A stretch of 62,984 nucleotides of DNA, filler included, from Asterionella formosa (taxonomy: Eukaryota), in assembly GCA_002256025.1 (NCBI GenBank). It is 23 parts of 23 records of this genome, joined end to end, with 100 filler letters (N's around TTAATTAATTAA, not from the genome) between each part and the next. Parts side by side here need not be neighbours in the genome. Positions count along the whole stretch, not along the records: positions 22,006 to 24,651 come from NKIB01015003.1; positions 24,752 to 27,397 come from NKIB01015004.1; positions 27,498 to 30,142 come from NKIB01015005.1; positions 30,243 to 32,886 come from NKIB01015006.1; positions 32,987 to 35,629 come from NKIB01015007.1; 18 more parts are not named here. One strand, given 5' to 3'. This document shows positions 22,006-33,705 of this stretch, in pieces. Position numbers and translations under genes: made by a program. How positions within the stretch are numbered: position 1 is the first letter of the stretch; each line of letters begins with the position of its first letter. The notes under the pieces are model-generated. The model was given only the letters and a program-made list of their open reading frames with translations. It was not told where the DNA came from and did no database searches.

Positions 22006-24010
22006 TTGATGAATGGCATAAGCAATATCTGGGCGGGTATTTGCAGTCAGGTACATCAGCATGCCAATGATTGAATTGTATTGCCAGGTTTCAGTGAACG
22101 GATCTCCATCGAAATCATTTTCTGAGGGAGTATTAGTCAATGGTGTATCCACTCCATTACAATCAGACATGCCAGTTGCTGCAAGGACTTTGTGTCAATT
22201 AGTCCGGTTTGAGTGAGATTATATTCCTGCAGTCAAGTTTTTTATATTTGAATTCCAAGAAAGGCACCAACTTCTCCTTCATTTCTAAGTGCAAAAGTGT
22301 GACGCTGTTCCTTTTCATGGACGCCAAGGCTTTGGATTTTTGCTTCAAGAACAAGTGAGTCCGCTCCAGCAAATATGGTGTCATCGATATAGCAGACACA
22401 AATAATTCCTTGTTTCATGAACAAGCATGGATCAATTTGAGATTGAGTGTACCCATGTTCCAAAAGTCCCTCCCGAAGTTTCTCAAAGAAGGTGCAAGGA
22501 GCTTGACGAAGTCCATATAGATTTTTTAGCAGTCGCAACACTTTATTGGTGCCGGACTTGGGTCCAAAATGCGAGGGTATTCCAGATATACTTATTCTTT
22601 GAGATTGGCTTGAGCAAATGCGTTGGTGTAGTTGACTTGACGGGTTGACCAGCCCTCAGTGAGAACAGTTAACAATAGCAAGCGAATGGTAGACAAAAGT
22701 AAAACAGGTGCATAGGTCTCGAAGAAGTCAATGCCCTCCTTTTGGAGATCTCCTTGTGCACAAACGCGTGCTTAGAAGCGATAGCTAAGGTGTGCCACCT
22801 GGGAGCCGTTTCAGTTTGAATACCCATGTTCCTTTTAATACATTGAGGTTTGCAGTTCTTGGCACAGATTCCCAGGTACGTTGAAGAATGAGAGTTGCAA
22901 TCTCTATTTGCATGGCTTTAATGTACTCTTCTGAATTTTCGCCATGGATAGCCTGATGAAACGTTGGAGAATCAGGGTCATCTTTGCGGCGTGTTTTGGA
23001 TGCATACACTCGAGGGTCAGTAATGTTGTGAACAACTGTCAAAACAGGTAAGTAATTCTGCTGAATATGCCAGTTGTTTCTTGTAGAAATTGTCATGCTT
23101 GGTTTGATCCAGCATGGTCAACTATACTTCGTCAATATATTTTGTACAATTATTCTGACCGTCGAACTGCTGGCACTGGTGGTGAAGAGTGAGGTGAACT
23201 TGCAATAGAATCTGGTATGTGTTTTGTGTGTGCACTATCAGTGCTGAGTGGAATAGGTGCTTTAGGAGGAGGTATTGGAGCAGATGCTCCCTCTAAAATG
23301 CCGATATCTTCTGCTGGTGTTGATGGTCCTTCAGGTGGTAAAGCTGCCGTAATGAAGTGTGTGGGGTTAAATGTGGTACGAATCCGCTGTTGTCGATGAA
23401 GCTCCCTCTGTTTTTGTGCTTGTTCATCTGAAGTGAGCCAGTCGTCTTGAAGATGCATTGGTGTTTCAGTGTTTGAATCGTTCGGTATGTAGATTGTATT
23501 TTCCAGACACAAACCGTCCCAGTATTCAGGAGGGTCTTCATCTTTTCCAATTGACGCCACCGTGGAGAAACTGTCGTCAAAAACCACAAGATATTGAGTG
23601 GTAATACTCCCAGTTAGCAAATTAAGGACCAAGGGGACTTCACTGGAGTGAATGGAGCTCAATCCAAGGAACACACCTCGTCGTGATCGTGGTTGATATC
23701 TAGGCAATTTCTTCCCAGATTGAAGAGTTGGGTCAAGAAATCATTGAACATCCCCAAGTGTGAAGATCTCGCAGATAATGTCTGGGAATTGTGCTTCCAG
23801 TGTAGAGATCAGCTGGGCAAAAGGAATGATTATTTGGTGTATGATTGTAAAGGTGCACAGTGTAAGTAACTGCTATAGGCTAAAGTGTGCTGTCGATCCC
23901 TCCTTTTCAATGACTGGAAGCATGGAGAATCATTGAGCGTGCCATGTCAGATACTGTTCTAATAGCCTGTTCTGCTACACCATTTTGATGGTGTGCATTT
24001 GTTCCACACA
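22006..24010 (-). mobile_element. Copia (CoDi-type) pol remnant: integrase to RT, degenerate
   Basis: GTNAHHQNGVAE.AIRTV, PRSRRGVFLG.S..H...V.LVLNL.TG.I..QY.VVFDD.F.TV, AM..EI..L, GTWVFKLKR.P, NLYGLRQAP, DPCLF, YIDD, FLGIQI, IGMLMYL..NTRPDIAYA; several stops and frameshifts. Confidence 0.93.
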
Positions 24011-24204
24011 TCTAAGCCGCGTATTACGTGAAGTGACCATCACATAAATAAGCCTAGTTAATTTTGAATGCATCACATGAATTAGTTGAAAACATCAAAA
24101 TACGTAGTTGAATATATCTATATATTATTTGAATACATCACGTTAAATATTTGATCAAAGTATCATGCATGCATTCCTGATCATCACTATATTATGTGAT
24201 CACC

Positions 24205-24303
24205 TTCACATAATTATTTGAAATACTTCACATAATTATTTGAAATACTTCACATAATTATTTGAAAATACTTCACATAATTATTTGAAATACTTCACGT
24301 AAT
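24205..24303. repeat. 22-bp tandem repeat (TTCACATAATTATTTGAAATAC) x ~4.5 in an array of TTCAC(A/G)TAAT motifs
   Basis: Read directly from the sequence; degenerate copies extend over about 24020-24400. Confidence 0.9.
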
Positions 24304-24751
24304 TCTGTAATTTCGTTCACATAATTCTAGAATAAAGTTCACTTAATATGTAACACATTTGTTTACGTAATTTTCTGGAGTTCATTCAACTAAATTAAAG
24401 AGTTTCATTAATGAAATAAAGCCTGCTCATTCGGAACGGCATGCGAATGCTCCTGCACTGAAAGGGTTTGCTGCAATGTCAATTGAATGTAGAGGAAGAT
24501 CAGTGTGAGTTATCAGTAGCGTTGCGCATATAGCCGTCAAAATAGCGCAGTAATCTTACCAGAACAACTTCCATTCCGGACCTCATTGTCCCTGCCTGTT
24601 GTCAACAACAATGCGTGAGCTGACAAGCCATACTAGCATTTTTCGCCGACTNNNNNNNNNNNNNNNNNNNNNNNNNNNNNNNNNNNNNNNNNNNNTTAAT
24701 TAATTAANNNNNNNNNNNNNNNNNNNNNNNNNNNNNNNNNNNNNNNNNNNN

Positions 24752-25872
24752 AGAAATAAGCTTCTGACGAAATTGGTGAAGTCAAGGTCATGCATGGAAA
24801 GAAGCATGATTATTTGGCTATGACGCTAGATTACTCTATTCCAGGAGTGTTGAGGGTGGACATGACCAAATATGTGAAATCAATGATTAATGATTTTCCG
24901 GATAAACTTGAAGGTGTCGGAAAATTTCCATGGACAGATTAATTGTTCACAGTTGATACAAAATCAAAGAAGCTTGAATATGAAAAAGCAAAAATATTTC
25001 ATACTTTTGTTATGAAAGGAATGTTCCTATGTAAGCGAGGAAGACAGGACATTCAACCAGGAATTGCATTTCTGGCAACCCGAACTATCAAACCGAATGA
25101 AGGCGATTGGGCAAAATTAGTCAAGATCATGAATTTCTTGAAAGCAACTCAGAACGAGGTTGCATCTATGAGTGCTGATGACACTCAGAGCATTAAATGG
25201 TACGTTGATGCGGCGTTTGCAGTACACAAAGATTTTAAAAGTTACACAGGAGCTACAATGTCACTTGGAAACCGAATTATTTGTTCTATGTCTACGAAAC
25301 AGAAAGTGAACACTAGAAGTTCAACTGAAGCAGAATTGGTTGGTGTCGATGACATTATATCAAAGGTGTTGTGGACGAAATTATTTATTGAAGCACAAGG
25401 ACACAAGGTGACTACGAATGTCATTTACCGTGACAACACTAGCGCAATGAAGCTAGAAGCAAATGGAAAAGCAAGTTCAGGAAAACGCACGCGGCATTTC
25501 AACATCAAATATTTTTATATTACTGATCTTATTGAAAGAAAGGAAGTACAAATCAAGTACTGTCCATCAGATGCAATGTTAGCAGACTACATGACGAAAC
25601 CACTGGTTGGAACGAAATTTATTCATTTTCGTCAGCAAATTATGAATTCAAAGTGAGCATCCGTGTCCAGCAGGAGTGTGTTGGAGAAAATATTTTAGGA
25701 AAGAAAATCCCGGTATGAATTACCTACTACATATTGAATCGAATGAATCAAGAAAGAATATGGTACCAGAGAATTCGAAAACAATCTACACCAACAGTAA
25801 AAACGCATAATTCTATTAAAACTCTTAGGAACGATTACAATCGATCACGGATACATCGTTGTTATATCTACA
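24752..25872 (+). mobile_element. Copia LTR retrotransposon 3' end: RT C-terminus and RNase H, PPT, 3' LTR (about 25679-25872)
   Basis: HDYLAM.LD, KRGRQDI, WYVDAAFAVH.D.KS.TG, KQK.NTRSSTEAELV, DN.SA, GKRTRHFNIKYF, ADYMTKPL. CCAGCAGGAGTG is followed by TGTTGG...CTACA. Two in-frame stops precede 24943. Confidence 0.92.
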
Positions 25873-26780
25873 GCCTATTTGGTCACAAGAAAGCATAGAG
25901 TGCGGGGACCATCTTTAGCGTCTTTTGGGGGAATTTTTGTTTGAGTAGTATAATCATTTCCAGACGTTAGGTTGATTTCGACATTTCTTTCATCTTTACT
26001 CATTAATGAATATTCATCGTTATAAAATTTCCAATCCAGAGCCACAAAAAAGCACTTTTCTAACGACGCCAAAACTCCTCCTGTGGTGTATAACAACTGT
26101 TCCCAGAACTGTGCTATATCCTCCATTTCCGCTGCTGGGTGATGTAATTTTTATGTCAATGGCAAGGAAGAGCTCAGTGTCATTCACATAAGTTTCTGCT
26201 GCCCGTGATTGGCTTCTTGTTCTTCTGGGATTGCTGAAAGACAAACCTGGAGACCGCTTAGAGATTGCTCCTAATATCATGCATGCAATTGCTAGCCATT
26301 GGCTTTGAGATGCCCCCGACCCCTGTAATGTGGTGCCAAGGACCCAGTACTGAACATTGTTGAAGGAATCTTCAGATATACCAAGAGCTGTCCTCAACCT
26401 GTATTTCATGTGCTCCAGAGAACTAAGGAGTGCTTTGACAGAGTTTTCACTGGCACCCAGGCGTCTCAATGCTACAGGGCCAACTGATGGGATCATCCGG
26501 TCAAAAGCAGCTTTCCCATCATGGTTGAAAATTATCGCAACCTTCTTGCAGATCCGGATCCCATCATATGTCAGTCTTTTCATTGTAATTGCATCCGAAG
26601 AGGATCGGTTGGATCTTGATCCCCATTGTCAGGGTGATATTGTTTCCCGGTGGCCAAAGACTATTTGTAGTACCATGTTTAAGTCGGCCTCTATTAGCTA
26701 AATGTCCCTCAGCTTATTCAATCTGGGGGTCCCCATCACCTTCTCGAGCATCACCAGTAATGCAATGGTCCACCTTTGGA
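25873..26780 (-). mobile_element. Degenerate LINE reverse transcriptase, Ambal-like clade
   Basis: GSR..RS, KRLTYD..R, DGKAAFDRMIP, LRRLG, RTALGISE, LQGSGAS, YVND (YVDD equivalent), AQ.WEQLL..TGG.L..EKC; frameshifted. Confidence 0.8.
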
Positions 26781-27330
26781 TAGCGGATTTGTCATATCCC
26801 TTCCTTAAGACCAAATATGTAATGAACAAAATGATTATTGCCACAAGATGATCTCTTGCAGTACACTATAATCACATAGGCAAAGTCACTCAATATACAA
26901 TGGGTGACAATTGCCGCTGTAAGTGTCTCCACCACAATCCATTTGTGGATTGTAATCAACATCCACAATAACAGCACTCACATTGGTTGGATGGAGTTCA
27001 TGTGTTTTGAATCGAATGAGATTTTGAATTGTTGGAAAATCCCAATATGAAAGAGATTTGAACTCCTCAATTTCTTTTTTGAAATTTAACAAGTTATAAG
27101 TCTTTGCAGCATAAGTACAGACTTCTTGGGGAGTTCAAGAATAAAGTTCTTCCCATTGCTCGATTTGTGGCTTCGTTTCGGGAATGTTCATGTACATGAA
27201 GGTTTGAATAGGAAACATGAGTTGATGTAATTGAAATGAAATTTTCTCTATATATGAATTGCCCTCGGGATTCTCCATGATGGAATTATTGACAGAATCT
27301 TTTTCTGATTATGGTATTTTTGTTCTTCAA

Positions 27331-27397
27331 GGGTTAGGGTTAGGGTTAGGGTTAGGGTTAGGGTTAGGGTTAGGGTTAGGGTTAGGGTTAGGGTTAG
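27331..27397 (+). repeat. Telomeric repeat (TTAGGG)n, about 11 units, at the contig end
   Basis: Perfect GGGTTA array with the G-rich strand running toward the contig end. Confidence 0.95.
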
Positions 27398-27599
27398 NNN
27401 NNNNNNNNNNNNNNNNNNNNNNNNNNNNNNNNNNNNNNNNNTTAATTAATTAANNNNNNNNNNNNNNNNNNNNNNNNNNNNNNNNNNNNNNNNNNNNGGT
27501 GAACAACATAGTGGCAGTGTGCGGTATAACTCTGTCATTATTGCTGGAGACATCATTGTAACCTGGTAGTAACAAGGACTTTATCATATGCCAAAATGG

Positions 27600-28410
27600 T
27601 TTTACATTTGGCAGATCCAGCTTTAATATTTTAAGCTGTCAGTATAATTCTTGAAAGGAAACACTTGCATGGCTTTTCCTTCCATAGTATTTGCAAGTTC
27701 TTTGTATTTTGCAGTTGTTTTGAATGTTTGTTTCAACAAACGAATAGGAGGGTGATAGATTTTCTCGGAAGTACAAAAAGATTTTGCGACATGTAAAAAT
27801 GGATCATCTTTTTCTTCTGTTCCAAAAAACTCATCTGGAAGGAAAGATAGATTGAGGAAAAAACGCATTCTTGTTCAATTCCGTCGATAACATAAAGGAA
27901 GTTATCTTTTTCTCAGAACTGTTTTGATTAGCCGTAATGAATCAGTGATGAAACATAGGAAGTCTTCTATCTCTGCTGCATTCGGCGGCATATTGTTGTC
28001 TTTCTGATGTAGTCTAAAATCTCGAGGAAAGTGAGTCTTCCATAAAATCATCGCTGGTCCTATATGATTCCGAAATTTCCTTGAAGTTCCAAATGATGTT
28101 TAGTTAAACAAGCCAGACTCTAGGACCACAGAGAATTTGTTGAGAACAAAATCCAGGACACTGTCATCTAGCCTTGTCTCCTTGCCTTTGTCATCATGAT
28201 CAAAGTATCTAACCAGTAAGAGTCGTTCCTTACTTTTCCGTTGTCTCTTGAACAGACATGAAATGCGCCATAGAAACACGTTTTTCCTGATTGAACAATC
28301 TGCAATCGGTACCCCTTCACAACCATTATCGTTCCATTCCTTGTAGCACTCGGAACATTTGCCATTCCGCCCAGATAACACATGACATATTGCACTATCG
28401 ATAGCGTGCG
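27600..28410 (-). pseudogene. Degenerate multicopy gene of unknown family (CxxC near the N-terminus)
   Basis: A long reading frame broken by stops (GKCSECYKEW...RYFDHDDKGKE.RLDDSVLDFVLNKF...). 28026-28235 recurs at 46387-46584. Confidence 0.45.
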
Positions 28411-28539
28411 GATGTCAAGAGAAACAAGGAAGCAGAAAGGGATAATGGTCTGTCAACAAAGGATTAAACAGTGGGCGAGTGCTGGATCAGAAGCGATGCA
28501 GCACCGACATACTCAGTAATATACATTAGATTGGTACCG

Positions 28540-28927
28540 CAAAGCTACAGTTTCATAGTACCAGCGTAGTAATAGGTATAGTTTCTTAGTACCAGCGTCA
28601 TGTTCCGACCGGGTATTGAAACAAGGGGAAGAAGGGAATGCTGGTAGTGCAAACCTACAGTCTCACAGTACCAGCGTAGCAATAGGTACAGTTTCACAGT
28701 AGCCACGTCATGTTCCGACCGGGTATTGAAACAAGGAGAGGAAGGGAATGCTGGTAGTGCAAACCTACAGTCTCACAGTACTAACGTAGTATTGTACAGT
28801 TTCACAGTAGCCCCATCATGTTCCGACCGGGTATTGAAACAAGGGGAAGAAGGGAATGCTGGTAGGGAAAACCTAGTACAGTCTCACAGTACTAATGTAG
28901 TATTGTACAGTTTCACAGTAGCCACGT
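28540..28927. repeat. ~110-bp satellite, left arm
   Basis: Units begin CATGTTCCGACCGGGTATTGAAACAAGG at 28599, 28709 and 28817, with a partial unit before them. Confidence 0.95.
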
Positions 28928-29920
28928 TATGTATGCCACCCTCTACTTTGCAATTCACGAGATACAAACCATCCCAATGTTTCCACAAATATCCTTCTCC
29001 AGAAGGTATATTGATGATTGCTTCATAATCTGGGTCCCTACATCAACTATCAATATCGAGGATGACAAAACACACAACTTGTTTATCAACTCGATGAATA
29101 CTTTTGGCATACTTAAATGGAATGCAGAACCACGACGGTTATCAACAACTTTCCTGGATCTCACAATCTCTATCAATAAACATACCCGTTCTATTGATAC
29201 AACACTTTTTGAAAAATCCATGAATCCCTATCTCTATATACCACAACATAGTGCACACCCTCCTGGTGTCCTTCGCGGTCTTATTGCTGGAATGATTCAC
29301 CGGATTTACCATTTAACAACGGTTGACACACATTTCAAAACTGCAATCCATTCTTTCTACAACCGCCTACAGGTCCAAGGTTATTCGGATAAAACCCTTA
29401 TACCCATTTTTAATACATACATCAAACAGCTATATGTTAACAAATCGAACAAAACCAACATGGCCACTCAAAGAACGGACACACACACAGAACAATGCGT
29501 GTTCCTCCACATGCCATTCCATCCGAACAACCCTCCTTCATCTCACATTCAACGAATTTTCAGAGACACTATATTTTCCCCGGGTAAAGAACCAATTCTT
29601 ACCACCCTACGGAACTTCTCCGGAAACCAATGTACCATCCAACAAAATATTGGTAATAATACATCACCACGGAAATTGAGATCGGACACCACTTCAGTAA
29701 GTACTCACCTACTTACGATACAACTTGATACTACACGGGATACATCAACCTCTACGAGGTCCATGCTACCTTCCCCTCCTACTATCAATACTGCTTCCAC
29801 TCCTGGTGTAATTTCACAGCCAACCACGCCCGCCCACACCATGACTTAAATAAAACAAGACTACCGGTACAGATCCAAGCCAACTGATGAAGCCCCTTCA
29901 GGCGAAAAGTAACATTAGTC
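28928..29920 (+). mobile_element. Penelope-like element, 5'-truncated (RT C-terminal half and thumb; no GIY-YIG visible)
   Basis: YATLYF, RRYIDD.FIIW, G.L.W, FLDLTI, T.LFEK.MN.YLYIP..SAHPPG.LRGLI.G, RL..QGY, FLH.PFHP.NP.S..IQ; ORF 28929-29849. Confidence 0.88.
29875..29920 (+). ncRNA. Hammerhead-ribozyme-like core (type I), lacking the 3' strand of stem I
   Basis: CTGATGA-A-GCC-ccttca-GGC-GAAA, then ag-TAA-ca-TTA-GTC, located in the PLE 3' UTR where hammerheads are expected. Confidence 0.6.
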
Positions 29921-30142
29921 TCAATGTTCCGACCGGGTATTGAAACAAGGGGAAGACAGGAATGCTGGTAGGGCAAACCTACAGTTTCACAGTACTAACG
30001 TAGTAATAGGTATGGCTTCACAGTAGCCACGTCATGTTCCGACCAGTATTGAAACAAGGGGATGACGGGAATGCTGGTAGGGCAAACCTTCAGTTTCACA
30101 GTACTCATGTAGTAATAGGTATGGCTTCACAGTAGCCACGTC
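29921..30142. repeat. ~110-bp satellite, right arm
   Basis: Units at about 29924 and 30033, same consensus as the left arm. Confidence 0.95.
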
Positions 30143-31877
30143 NNNNNNNNNNNNNNNNNNNNNNNNNNNNNNNNNNNNNNNNNNNNTTAATTAATTAANN
30201 NNNNNNNNNNNNNNNNNNNNNNNNNNNNNNNNNNNNNNNNNNACTTGCTGCAATGGTGGACCTGACCCCTACCCTCCAAGATCCATCTAGTACAGCAGCT
30301 AGGGGCATCAAAACCTCTAGAGAGAGAAACTTCTTAGATATCTTGCAATTTAACATGAGGACTTATACACTTAAATATTTATGAACAGAGTAAGGATTAC
30401 ATAGCCTTGGCCAAAGACGAAGACTTATATTTTATTATAGTTGGTTTTTGACCAGGCAGCCGATAAGTTGAACAACATGAGACCACGTGAGAGTTCAGTG
30501 TCAATGATATTCACAAAGATTACTAGAATGTCTAGAATCATTCCTTTTAAACAATATAGGCAGAGCCAAATAACCCCCAAAATAGTACAGTAAAACTAGA
30601 AAATTATCAATGAGCTAACTTCTTTTATTGTAGGCTTACTAGTTTAGCATAAGCTGAAACATGGCAAGTCCAAATTGTTCTGTAAAAACTGGTCCATTGA
30701 GTTTGAAATTGGTTTGATATTTATCTTCAATTAGTTGCAATTCCATTGCTATGACAATAAAATGTTTTACATCCCTTTCCACTGTCTCTCCAGTTCTATG
30801 GAGAAATGTTTCAATCAAAATAAATCATATGATTGCAATGATCAATATTGTAAAGTGAACCATGAAAAGATGGAGAAGTCAAAGAAATGGGGTCTGAAAT
30901 GCTGCCAAGATTTGCTGAGAGATGAAGAAGTTGAAAATCGAAATGACAGTGATCAACCCCTCATTTTGCATCATTCGATTGGCATCATGGAACATACTTA
31001 ATTTAGCTAAGAAAGCCCATCAGTTGGATTCTTTTTACAATGATTTTCTATTGCCCTTTTAGTAATCAAATAGTAGAAGCCCAAAAGGTTGTTGCATGTG
31101 AAGACGCCGTCCGGTTTTGTATGATGGTAGAATCAGTTTGCATACCTGCTCATGCTGAAAGCTAAACAGGATGGAAACAGAGGACACTACACAGGGAGCT
31201 CGAAGAAAGGGCAACGCAAGGTTACCTTGTGTGCAGTACGCCAATGGAGGTGGTGCAGAGTTCGCGTATGGTGGGAACACATCCATCTAGCAGAATTGTG
31301 GTACCTGGTACCAGGTATTATATCACAAGGTATTTGCGCACCACAATTCTTCGTTTCTCTGAAGAGAAGTTCTGACTGGTGTTGTTGATTGTTGATTGTT
31401 GATCCTCATCCAGAGCCATTGTTGGAACAGCACTTGATCAGGCTGGTTGCCAACAGTTAGCAACAATAGTTCTAATGGGAGTAACAGGTACAGTACCTCC
31501 TGGTACAGCAAGATAGCTAGAATATGTGAGCCTATTTCCCATTTTTTGGAATGCAAGCAGAAGATGCGGTTTCAACATATAGCTTTGATTTACAGTATTA
31601 ACTTCACCTTCCTTTTGGTTGGGAGCGAAAACCACCAAGCAAAATTGCTTCCTGATGGTTGTTCGTTTCCATCGTACGTTGTCGGAGTCAGTATGAGATG
31701 GTATGAATGTACGAGGTAGTATGAGTGTATGTATTATACATACAACGTACCGAGTATATCATGCTGATATTTACCTGGTACATGGTCCTCGTACCAGGAA
31801 CTGGTACCAAGTGTACGGTGATGTAATCATGAATACATGCTATGTACAGTTGCACTCTTGGACGGGAGTTCTGTTTG

Positions 31878-32106
31878 TCATCATCAGACATCTACCGGAC
31901 ACTGACGCTGATTTTCGTAGAAATGTTCGGACAGTAGGCCGGTTTTTCGAACAATGTCTGAACTTCAGTTCATTCCCAGTTTATAGTTTCACACGGTATA
32001 TCTAGCACTTCTATGTTGAACTTGGAGTGAAGTTTGATCATTAGAGGGGAATACCGGACAAATGGCCGTTTTTCCCCGGTAGTCATTTTCTCGTGGCATT
32101 TTACAT
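31878..32106. repeat. ~228-bp dispersed repeat, probable Crypton terminal region (copy 1)
   Basis: Aligns by eye with 58478-58705; lies upstream of the Crypton-like ORF. Confidence 0.8.
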
Positions 32107-32331
32107 TGGCAGTGGTTGTCCTGATGGAATCTTTTTTTTATACACTTTGATGCAAACTACGAAAGTATCATGTGTGTATGGGCAATTTCAGCGAGGAAAA
32201 AATGCATTCATATGATGAAAATTACATGAGTATAATGTGTTTATGGGCGATTTCATTGAGGATCTGCATCAAGCAAGAAATTTCAAAAGCACACACCACA
32301 TCATACTCATCATTCATTGCATCTCCACCTC

Positions 32332-32886
32332 ATGGCAAATACTGTCCCCATTCATGGGCATCCTCTCCAGGATGTTAATGAACAAATGATGATAGAAAAT
32401 ATTGTGGCTGGTGGAACAAGGCGGGCATACATCGCTGCTAGGCTCCTGTTTGCAAGGTGGTGCTTGGAGCATCAAACTGGGTGGCTCACAGCAAATGCTA
32501 GAAACCGACTCCAACAACTGGAATATGAAGCAGAAGGAATGGGAACAAGGCAAGGCGGGATGCACATCAAATCAGGCTTTGCCCTTTTGCTACAGAATAC
32601 AGCAGAGGAACCTGTTATTTTGCAAAACGAGATCACACCATCAGGCTTCATGGTCTACTTGCAAGGATTGCGGCATTGGCGTACAAAAGAGAGGCTGTCC
32701 AAGAGCGGTTATGGAAACAAAAGATCTGCAATCTACAATTTATTTCGTCTACTTAATGGAACAGGCTTCTCTGCTACCTTTGAGCAAGAGTTAAGCAATT
32801 TAATGCGAGGTTTCTTCCGAATTATTGCTCTTGAAAACAATGATGGATTGGGTGAGGTTCGAGAGGGCAAGGATCCAATGACTTTT
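32332..32886 (+). mobile_element. Crypton (CryptonS-like) tyrosine recombinase, N-terminal part
   Basis: TR..Y......F..W, F..YL, LSKSGY..KRSA...LFR, F..EL....RG..R, G....EGK.PM.F: the core-binding region preceding the YR catalytic domain in stramenopile Cryptons. Confidence 0.75.
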
Positions 32887-32986
32887 NNNNNNNNNNNNNN
32901 NNNNNNNNNNNNNNNNNNNNNNNNNNNNNNTTAATTAATTAANNNNNNNNNNNNNNNNNNNNNNNNNNNNNNNNNNNNNNNNNNNN

Positions 32987-33142
32987 CAAGTTTGGGAAGT
33001 TTGCCATTACTCTTGTCAGAGGCCCAGACTGTTCTGCTGCGGCTTTGGCCGATACTTGATCTGGCGACGTGACAATCAACGTGGTGAAACATGATGACAA
33101 TGAGGAGGGGGAGGGGGAGGTGGTGGTGGAATCGCAATCCAT
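32987..33142 (-). CDS. 5' end of an unidentified protein
   Basis: MDCDSTTTSPSPSSLSSCFTTLIVTSPDQVSAKAAAEQSGPL..., open to the contig end and divergent from the next gene. Confidence 0.45.
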
Positions 33143-33705
33143 CGTGTTCAGGTGTTTGTGTTTGATGTGAAGATCATATATTATATTTTTAAGATCTGAA
33201 CAAAATGATGTACTAGCTTTATAGTAGCTGCACCAATTACATGTAGACATGTACAGTACCTGGTACCTGGCACCGGTAGGCTATCATGTGCACTGTGTTC
33301 TGATGATGATGGTATGCAGTAGCACATATCATAGTAAAATAATATGATCTTCGCCGACCACTCTGCGTGGGTACGTATTTTGTCAATGCAATTTATTACT
33401 CATGGCTGGATATCACTTATATTTGGATCGACGAAATAGAAAATATGTCCTGCCCTAGTAAGTATGTACATAAAATATATTCCGCAGTGCTGAGTAATAT
33501 AAACATCGTGAAAATATATAGAATGATAGAGATGTAGATCTACATTCGATATATACATGTAGGTTTACATAAATATAAATACTCAAAACCTCTACCGGTA
33601 AAATGAAACCACAAAACAATCTATCAGCCAAGATATTATTGATTTTATACCACAATCCTCACCAAACGTTAGCGGTTGTGAGGGGATCCCAAACAAATCG
33701 CAAAC

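Noticed and set aside
27259..27453. Gly-Leu repeat ORF
   Set aside because: Translation of the telomeric repeat
28540..30142. CRISPR array with an adjacent RT, or a retron/DGR-like system
   Set aside because: Units are homologous along their whole length with no unique spacers, the RT is Penelope-type, and no cas genes are present
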